From Batkoa obscura (Eukaryota), in NCBI GenBank assembly GCA_030770535.1, contig JASVEC010000002.1, positions 806,001 through 870,000 on the forward strand: a DNA stretch of 64,000 nt, read 5' to 3'. The notes beneath the pieces are model-generated. The model searched no databases, was not told the origin of the DNA, and saw nothing but the letters and a program-made list of their open reading frames with translations. The translations under genes and the position numbers were made by a program. Shown one piece after another: positions 54,480 to 64,000 of the stretch (its first letter is position 1; each line of letters starts with the position of its first letter).

Positions 54480-57458
54480 TTATTCCAAAGATCGAACGCC
54501 ATCTGTACTTGATCTATTTTCATCAGTTTGGTCATTATCTACATCTAATAACAACTCATCTTCATCTTCAGCAATGTATAATACATCAGTGCTAACATTA
54601 GCATCCTCCTCCTTTATGTCACCCCCCTCATCATCATGATAATGTTCATCATTATCATCATCTTCATCATCTAATTCTTGTAACTGATAATCATGTTCTT
54701 CATCATTTAATAAAGACATTTCTCTCATCTGTTGATCTCTAAAAGGTTGATTTTTATATCTATAAAATAGCATAATACTTAACACAATCAGTACAATAAA
54801 ACACAGCAATAAAATAACATAGATCATAAAACTATTCTGGCCTTGACCTAAAGAGTTAAGCTGAGATAATAATTGACTATTATATTGCTCTTTGTTTTTT
54901 TGTTCTTCTTCTTTAAGTTTTCCATTGCCTTGATTTATTACTTTCTCTGTGTTCACTGGTGCTTGTTTACCATCTTCAGTAGCCGTTGGAACCACATTAC
55001 TCTCTATGCTCTCCTTTGTCAAAGCAGTCTCAGCTTTATCAAGTGTTATCGTCTTTGTTAAAAAAACATCTTTCATAGACTCAACACTCGAAGTAATATT
55101 ACTAGGTAAAACATAACTAGTTACCTTTGATGGTATTTCACCATTTACTTCGGATATAATTACCTTTTCTTCCTCTTTTTTATTATCTTCATGTATAATT
55201 GTAGGTCTATCATTATTATCATTTTCTAAAGGTATAGTACTATCTCCATACAATGTCATATGCCAACTTATAAAATCCCCAATAGCAAATGGGTCTTTGA
55301 TATCTTTAACTCTTAATTTCCACTCTCCCTCAGCTGGTTCATCCCTAAAAACAATAGCTTAAATTTAACATTTTATTATATTATTATAAATTATTACCAA
55401 TGTTTCACGGTCATAAAAGTCCAATTTGGGAATCCTTGATCGCTATTATCCTTTAATCTAGGTACACAAATCTCTGAAACAATACCATTAGGAGATATTA
55501 AATCAATAGCAATGTCTGATCTTCTGCTATGAATAATATTCACAGTAACAGTTACATGTTCCAAAGACTTAAACTTCCCATTGTTTAAATCCTCTTTTTT
55601 AATGACTGTTGAAGACAGGATACCTTCATGATCTTGAGGTATTCTTTGTTGTACCATAACAGTAGGTGTAGTTAATTTCATTTGTTGATTTTTGCTAGTA
55701 AAGTTCATAGCATGATGAACATATTTATAACCATCTACTTTGCCATATCCATATTTTGGACTATACCATCTTCCCATCCATGTTTTACTCCAGCTTTCAT
55801 CTTGTAGATTTACTGGGACTGCTGCTTGTACTGAAATATGTTGAAAATCGCGCCAGGTAAGGTCAGGTCTTTTTTGAAGTGCCAACGCTATAATACCTGC
55901 CATCATTGGTGCTGCTGCGGATGTACCACCATGCGAATCCGTACATTGGCTATGCCAAGAGGAGGAAGTATACTAAAATATTAAAATAAATTAATGTCAG
56001 ATATAATAAAAAAGGCAGAACTCATTACAATTCTAGCTCCAAAATTACCCGAAGAATAGGCGGTAATCATCATTGCAGTACAAGCTTCTGAATAAGCTGG
56101 ATGTTGGTTTTTAGCATCTACAGAGCCGACAGTAATGGAATAGATAGAATTAGTATACCCATCGAAGTTACAGTTATCTCCATTGATACCACCATTACCA
56201 CTAGCAAATACAAAAATGCTACCTTTTTTTTGCCTGCCGTTTTCAGCTCCATTTTTAATTGCTTCTTCCACTATCTTCGGTGGTCGATCCATAGCTAAAC
56301 CATCATCTGGTGGTCCCCAAGAACAGGAATAGATCTGATTAATTTGATATTTATAATTGATTGCAATAGCCTCTGCATCATCCGTTATTTCTTTGGATAA
56401 TACACGTATCCCTTTATAATAAATTAAACATTATAAGATAAATTAAATACTATTATGCTTGTTTTTACCTGATACTTTTGACTCATAAGCAATTCCAACT
56501 CCACAATCATTATTACGTATACCAGCAATTTGACCGGCACAACGAGTGCCATGAGTATCTTCGTCTAACATTGGCATTGGTAATGGTCTTTCATCATTAA
56601 AATCATATGAACCTTCAGCAAACTAATGAATGAAATTTTTAAGCTTTAAATTAAAAAATTTTAATGTTTTTAATTACAAAATTTTCTTTAATATCCCGAT
56701 GTTCATAATCAATACCTAGTAGAAAAACAAATTTAATTCTAGTTTTTGACGTAATTGAATCATTTATTTACCGTCATCTACAATAGCAACAATAACTCCT
56801 TTACCAGTGATACCTTTAATAATTTTAAAATATTAAACATTTTATTAATAAAAATTAATCAAACTACTATCTACCTTCCTCCCACAACTTCGTAATGTTT
56901 AAATCATTTCCTTCATCCTCTTGGTTATGCTAAAAAAAGCATAAATACTAATTTCAAGAACAAGTTTAATCTCTAACTTACAAAATGCCACTGTTTAGGG
57001 AACCCTGGGTCTCTTATACCCAATAAAGCATATCTCGTCATATTCAATTCTTTTACCTTACTCGGTCTACCTTTTCCTACCGGCCCTCTTTTCACTCTTA
57101 GCTTAGGCACTTGTAAATTAAACTCTGAGATACCATTATTTTCTAGTTGGCTCCTTTTGGATTTATTGGTCTTGTATAGCAGTGAATGTAATGGATCCTT
57201 ATTCAAATTGATCTGCTTGTTTCGCAAAAATAAATGATAATCTTTTAGTTCTCCTACAGGACCCACATAACTTAGATTGTAACGTTTAGCAAGTTCTAAT
57301 GGGGTTTGGGTTGAATCTAGTTTTAATGTGTAGTAATTGTTTGACTTGTGGTTGTAATGATATTGGCGAGTGCTTGTTTCAGTACAGACAATCGATATAA
57401 AGAGTAAGAATAATAGTAAATAAAAATGCCATTTTAACGGGTTTAATGGGGTTAACAT
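54480..57458 (-). CDS. KEX2: Kexin (Kex2-like proprotein convertase), multi-exon
   Basis: Signal peptide, propeptide ending [29 protein letters not shown]-domain, TM helix and acidic tail. Confidence 0.96.
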
Positions 57459-58185
57459 TAGATACAAGGATATAATAAATAGAATGTTTTTTTAATAAAA
57501 AGTAAATAATTAATTGATTTTTATAGAATAGTTAAAATAATTTATTTAGTTTAAGCTTATTGGTAGATTTATAATTTAACATGCTTTTTGAACCTTCAAC
57601 TCCAACTTGATTTTTCATAATAAGCAAATGATAAATTTGTAAATTTCTAATTTTTTTGATTGTTAATTTACCGAGGTTTATATTGTGAATTTAAAAAAGC
57701 ACATTAAAGTCAAAAGAAATAGCTTTGAACAGATAAAAACAGTCAAAAAAATTTAATTAATCATTAATAAGTTTAATGACTTTATTAGATTAAAATAATT
57801 AATATCAAATACTTGATAAATCCTGATTTATTTTAAAAAACAAAATAGTTGAATATAATGAATGATATGTTGACGAATGATTAGTCGAACAAAAAATAAA
57901 GAAAAAAGTGACCAAACACGCCAGCAATTTAGAACAAAAAACTCTTACATAAAGATTAAGCTAATAAAAGACAACAACGGTCAACATAAAAAGTGCAAAA
58001 AGAATAAAAGTGCAAAAAGAGTCAAAAGTTCTATAATTTACTTAATAATATTGCACCAATTAATAAATTCAAAATTCAATAGAAGATTTAGAAATTTTAT
58101 AAAAACAAGTAATTATTGAAAAGTTGATTTATATAAATTTTTAAGTTTGAATTTTTTTAAAAAAAATAGAAAAAAAGAAAGTAAT

Positions 58186-59051
58186 ATGGCAATCCAAGGC
58201 GTCATACCATCAACGGGAAGTAAATTAGTACAATTAGAAAAGAATGCATCAAATTCGAATGGTAACTTGGTGACAAACTCTAATTCTAACAATAGTGTAG
58301 CATCTACTACAGCTACAGTAAACTCAGAAATTCATCCATTACATTATACTTGGACCTTTTGGTTTATGCACCGTCCCCCAGGTCAAAAGATTACTAACTA
58401 TGAGGAGTCGATGAAAAGGATCGCTTCTTTTTCCTCTGTAAGTTTATAATAATTTCGTTAGATTAGTGATCATAGTATTAATATTGATAATAATATTACA
58501 GATTGAAGATTTTTGGGCCGTATATTCCCACTTACGTCGTCCAAGTGATTTACCTACCATCTCCGATTATCATCTATTTAAACATGGGGTAAGACCAGTT
58601 TGGGAGGTAAGAGATTAATGATTTTTATAGAAGAGATAGAAGCGTATTTATTAAAAACCATAAATTCATAGGACCCAGAAAACATAACTGGAGGTAAATG
58701 GTTAATCCGAATAAAGAAAGGTTTAGCTTCACGTTATTGGGAAAGTTTAGTGCTAGCTATTATCAGTGATCAATTCGAAGTTGGTAATGAAGTTTGTGGA
58801 GCTGTGCTTTCAATAAGATTAAATGAAGATATTATTTCCGTTTGGAATAAAACGGCTAAAGACCAAGAGATTACTGGGAAGATTAGGTAGTTCTTATATT
58901 TTACTTTAATTAAAGTTGTTTAATGTATGCTTTTTTATTTAGAGACACTTTGAAAAAGGTACTTGAACTTCCAGCAGAAACAGTCATTGGCTATAAAACC
59001 CATGATGATGCTCTTAAAGATAATTCTAGTTTTCGTAATACCACTTTATAA
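58186..59051 (+). CDS. EIF4E2: Class II eIF4E (4EHP/eIF4E2-like), 4 exons
   Basis: HPLHYTWTFWF, NYE (Tyr at the W56 position), FWAVYSHL, PVWED, GGKWLIRIKKGLASRYWE. Confidence 0.85.
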
Positions 59052-59185
59052 ATAAAAACTAAAATTTTAACTAGCTTAAATTGTTACTAAAAAAGATAGA
59101 AAACACTGCTTATTTTATGTTTGAAATTTAAATTTTATAATACAACAATTTAAAATTAATGGTTTATATTTTATTATTATGATTT

Positions 59186-60458
59186 TTAATCTGAAAAATA
59201 TTGTAATTGAATACCCATAGATTTCAACATAGTATGAGAATTCAATTGATTAGTATTATTAGAATTAGTAGGGGAGGCAATATTCAATCCCAAAGTATAA
59301 TGTAATTGTCGATATTTCCCACTAAAAAGTACTGAAAAGCCCTAAAGAATAATATTAAGGCGTTGAAACAATCTATTATAAAGAATAATTTCCATAAACT
59401 CTCTTACCTTACTTAAACTATACTTTGTTTTAATCATTCCTTCCTCTTTATTTCTCCATTCTAATCCTAAAGCATAATCTGATTCTAAAGAATGAGTATT
59501 GAAATAATACCTTGTACTACCAATCAATTGTGGATTTATCATATTTGTATAAGCTAAAGTTAAATGGCCCATAACTGGATTTATTGTTAATGTCATATCG
59601 GCTGGACTAGGAAATAGACCAAATCTACGTAAACCAAAAGACACTAAAATAATAATGGAGATAAATAAAATGGTTAATGAAATAGAGAGATCCTTACCAC
59701 CACCAATTTTTTTAGCAGCTGAAAAATAAATCTCTCCACCTAAAGACCAAAATGGGTTATGGTTTGTTCGACTGCTTCCTTCTGTAATTTTATAAAGGGT
59801 GCGTATGCCTAATAGTTTATCATCAGAAGTAAAAGAATATTCAGTACACCATTTTTTAACCTCATGTTGTATTAAGAAATATGACTAAAATAAAATAAAA
59901 AAATGAATCATTACTATTCAAAATAAACTTACATGTGATTTCCCACTCTCATATGGTGTCATGATACCAGATAAAATAAATTGTAGGTTATTGTTGATTT
60001 TTTTAGTAAACAAAGCTTCTAGTCTGGGTGTAGGTAGATATAAATGTGAATAAAATAAATAATTGATATCATTAAGTTTATCTTCTTTTGTTTCGTTGAT
60101 TCTATTTAATTTATCAAAAAAAGTATTATAATAAATTAGTTGATTTTTTGGTAAGTTTAAACTTTGATTGGTATAAATGTATCCTAACGAACTTTTTAAT
60201 TTACTCATATCATTGTTACCACTTAAACTCAATTTATTTTTTTCACCTCGTCTGCCACTTATATAGCCATTGATACCTATTGGAATCTTAAAGTCTAAAA
60301 TATCTAAATCGAAAATTATAAATAATGTGAACAAAGAATAAAAAACAAAACATCAAATTACCATTAGAAGATTTACACAAATTGGAATATAAATTTTCTT
60401 GATTGAAATCATTTAATTCAAAGTATTTGTATAAACAATATTGCATATAATCATACAT
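59186..60458 (-). CDS. MDM10: Mitochondrial distribution and morphology protein 10, multi-exon
   Basis: MYDYMQY..ENLYSNL..ILDFKIP, LYLPTPRLEAL, EYSFTSDDKLLG, WSLGGEIYF, MTLTINPVMGHL, GIQLQYFS. Confidence 0.9.
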
Positions 60459-60718
60459 AATACTACTATTTTTACTCGATTTTTTTTCTATTTCTATGTT
60501 TTTTTTAAAAATGATAAAAAGTATTTGTTTAATTGGTCAGCTATTTAGTTAAATTTAGTTGCTTCACTTGAGTTTTATTCTCAATGTTACATTCAATAAG
60601 GTATTAGTAGCAGTGTTATTTTCATTTACTATTATAATTATAATAAATAATTTAATAATACTGAATAATATCAATAGCTAAAATAATATCTATTCACTTA
60701 GACTAAGTAAAGCTATAC

Positions 60719-60809
60719 TGTTTTTTGGTTTCATTACTTTTCCATTTTTTAAGTACTATTTGAGTGGAAAAATTGTTAGTAAAATTCTTAAACAAAAAAA
60801 TATATCCCC
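60719..60809 (-). mobile_element. MITE A copy, one TIR lost
   Basis: Consensus match. Confidence 0.83.
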
Positions 60810-61393
60810 ATATTTGTTTAAATTAAATAAAGCAGTTTTTCATTATTTTGATATTTTAGTATATTAATGTTTAATTTTTTAAATTTTTAGTGCTTTTTAA
60901 GGGTCTCCTTACATTTGTAATTGTTTTGTAAAAACTGCTGACCCAGTAGTCATTTTGAAACTTTTCAAGCAATATACTACATCCTCACATATTACGCTTG
61001 GAAAAAATCAGCCCTCTAGCATTTTTCTAACCCCATTATTATTTGGACTTTTTGACCTACTCTCATAACTGTGGAGTATTGTTGTATTAAAAAAGTTAAG
61101 TTAATAAAAAAGGAGTCATATAAATAGTTTTGATGCTTGATATCTCCTCCTTCTTTTGACTACTTATCTCTTGTTATTTTCTTTTATAATTTACTTTTTT
61201 AAGTAAGCCATATAGTCCCCCTGAATGAGTAAATATATAAAAAAGAGTTGCAAATGAATTTAATGCGAGTTGTATCCATTTTCAGTCATCATCAAAAATT
61301 CTAATACTAGTGAATGAAAATTAACATCAAACAGGATTTAATATTATTATGTTTATTATTACTATTAATAAAAAAGAAACTATTATACTATAT

Positions 61394-64000
61394 TTAAATA
61401 AAAACGTCCACTGGGATAATATTTTCTGCTGAGAATGCACCTGCTTCAAGCGACACCTGTTCTAGAAACTTGGTAGGAAAGTCGACTAAATGGCCTCGAA
61501 CATTAGACAACACCTTCTTAACTTGATTAGGTTGAACAAGCCTAAAATCAGGATGACCTGTCTGAACCACATTAGAATTAGGAATAAACAATTTATATTC
61601 ATCCCAATTAGTTACTGTATCATCTGGCACACATCGGAATACTTTTCTAAAAGCTTTCGTATTATATTCTGACACATTAAACCAATAATGGTTGAAGGAT
61701 TCTGATAATGGGTCTTTCACTACCTCGTCTTTATGGTAGGATACGTCGGAGCCTGAGTGATGGGATGGTACTGGAGAAGTTGGTGACAGTACTTCATTTA
61801 AATCCTCTCCTGCTTCAAAGTTGATAAGATTTACCATCTCAGTACCTGTTAATAAACCTAAATGTTCCTTAAAGAGCGTACATCTTAATGTATGGGCAAA
61901 TTTGGCTACTTGGAACTAAGTAAAAAATAGGATTAAATAACCAATAATTAAAATATGTTTTTAATTACCTCTTTCCCAGCCATGGTAGAAGGAATCATTT
62001 CTTGATCTTCAACAATGATAGCCACTTCTGAATCCCTAAAACCAAGCATAGAACGATCATTGATATTAGCTGAACCGCAAATAACTACACGATCATCCAC
62101 AATCATTAATTTAGAATGAATATAAACCAATTCAGTTACATATTGAGAAGCTGCCTCATGGTTTTCTGCTTCAATAGGCTTATTGCCTTCCGCTTCTAAC
62201 GGTGTATTGCTATGACTTTCTTCTGGCTTGTTGATATTTAATTTCAATTTCATTTCTTTTAACTTTATTTCAGTTTTATTCGAATGATCTATTCCAGCTG
62301 GTATAACTGTAGTTGGTTCATTTTTGTTTAAATTCAAATTGTTTCTCTTTTCAACATAGGAAGGCAAGTCTTCCTTTTCTTCCATTTCCAACGCTTCACT
62401 ATTGTTCTCCTGATCTTTACTATAGCTACGCTTATTCTTATCTTTCTTTTTACCTTTTGTTTTGGGCTGAGCTACCCTACTCTCAGACTCTTCTTCATCA
62501 GAGGATCTGGAATCTGCATCAACGCCTTTAAAAGCATCCAAGATGTTCTTAAATGAACTTTCATTTCTTTTGATACTTTGTTGCAAATGTTTGGGAAGTG
62601 GGCTTTTAACATTACCCTGACTATTACTTCTAGTTTTTGGTAAATCAAAGTACCCTTCCGCCTGCTTCTCTGCTGGCGAATTAACGGTAAACCTATCATA
62701 AACTGCAGGAGTTTGATTCCCTTCCTCGTCTGTCTCAACGTCTGGTTTATATTGATGAGATTGTGGTATAAAATCATAGTTTCTAAGGCCATGGAAGTGA
62801 ACGTATTTTGTTGGCTCAATGCCTTCTTTACGTAATTGCCCCATCACTGATTCATCCCCTCGACATATCGATTGGTATTGCCATTGCATTACTAACCGAA
62901 TTGTATTTGCACTAGCTTCATGTACGTCACTTTGAAAAGCTGGCATCAGTGGCATTATAATTATCACTTTAAATGGAGAATTTTCTTTATGTGCTTTGAT
63001 GATTCTTTTTACTAAGGCCTATTAAAGTGAATAAATAAATAAATAAATAAATAAATAAATATAGTAAACTTACTTTAGCAATTTGATTTTTAACCGAATA
63101 ATTACTTTCCCCTTTAGCAGCAGAGACAAAAAATTGATTTTCAATATAAATAAAATGTTTGGCAGCTGCAATGTTTTGTATATAAGCAGTATAAATAGAA
63201 TTCTCCAATTCGATACCAGAAGACCACTCAGCACTAGATCTTAATACCTGTACCCTACAGCTACCTTTTAGACTTTCCTCATCATAATCCTTGGAAAACT
63301 CAGCTTGTGGTAAAAGGTAAGGTACTTTAAGTTTTTGTTTTGCTTTAGAAGTCTTTATGAAATTCCAACGTTCAATAAAATGTCTAGCAACATCTCTAGC
63401 CCCTACACCAGTTAACGAAAGATGGATATCATGCCATGGCATTCTACCATGTTTCATACGGTCAATTAATTCTTTATTATAATCTTCTACATTTTCGAAA
63501 TCTCTAATTCGCGCATTGGAATAATCCTGACCAGGAAAAATAATATCATTACCATCTGATAATGGGTTATAATCTGCTACACGATGCGAATTATCATCAT
63601 ATCTACCAAAACAAAGATCCAAACCGCCAACAAACGCCAACTTGTTATCTATGATACAAATTTTCTCATGATGTGCCCAAAACCAGGTACCATTGGCTTG
63701 TACACGATCTGGGTGACGCAACACCTTAATCCGTGGATGCAATTTCTTCAATGTTTGCTTGGTATGTGCCGAATTATTAGGAAGAGAAACAGCAATCTCT
63801 TTGTAAACGATGACAAATATATCAACACCCTGTAAAGCTTTCTTTTTCAATAAACGATCTAACCGAAAGGAAGGATATTGTGAAGGCGGTCTTCTTAAAT
63901 ATAGTTCTGGACTAAGCCACCAATCAGCAATATAAATGGTATCTTTAGCATGTAAAATAGCTTCAGAAACATCATAAAAATAACCAGCTGCATCTACATA
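61394..64000 (-). CDS. SPO14: Phospholipase D1/Spo14 family, 5'-partial (continues beyond the window)
   Basis: [17 protein letters not shown] and HSKLMIVD (two HKD motifs), [23 protein letters not shown]. Confidence 0.95.
63029..63060. repeat. (AAAT)n microsatellite in a PLD intron
   Basis: Direct reading. Confidence 0.85.

Noticed and set aside
57877..58119. 80-aa Lys-rich ORF upstream of EIF4E2
   Set aside because: A-rich promoter or 5' UTR sequence with no protein-like features
60900..61300. Possible RT or integrase remnant (QGD-like motif on the minus strand)
   Set aside because: No further motifs in any frame; cannot be supported
62313..63835. Overlapping and antisense ORFs within PLD (similar ones occur in MCM7, KEX2 and the S41 gene)
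   Set aside because: Shadow frames of genuine coding exons

Overview
Very AT-rich, intron-rich eukaryotic DNA. The gene set (Rom2-type RhoGEF, Spo7, Mdm10 and Kex2 together with FANCD2, B12-dependent methylmalonyl-CoA mutase and class II eIF4E) points to an early-diverging, non-Dikarya fungus. Entomophthoromycotina (Conidiobolus-like) is my inference only. The window holds about 18 protein genes, most with short GT-AG introns, plus one tRNA-Ser(GCT). Tightly packed housekeeping blocks alternate with repeat-filled islands. The islands carry (i) about 28 copies of a ~98-bp MITE with GGGG..CCCC ends and variable 4-bp TSDs (Sola-like signature), (ii) a 464-bp Ty3/Gypsy LTR family, including a rearranged integrase remnant ending in a large palindrome, (iii) a single ~300-bp TIR element upstream of the RhoGEF, and (iv) two decayed cytochrome P450 genes that are not recognisable from the ORF track. 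Repeat and pseudogene decay shows CpG-type transitions. Protein-level oddities are an orphan single-pass protein with a Frizzled-like Cys pattern and a TopBP1-like protein lacking its N-terminal BRCTs. All calls come from manual reading; no searches were run, and exon boundaries are inferred.
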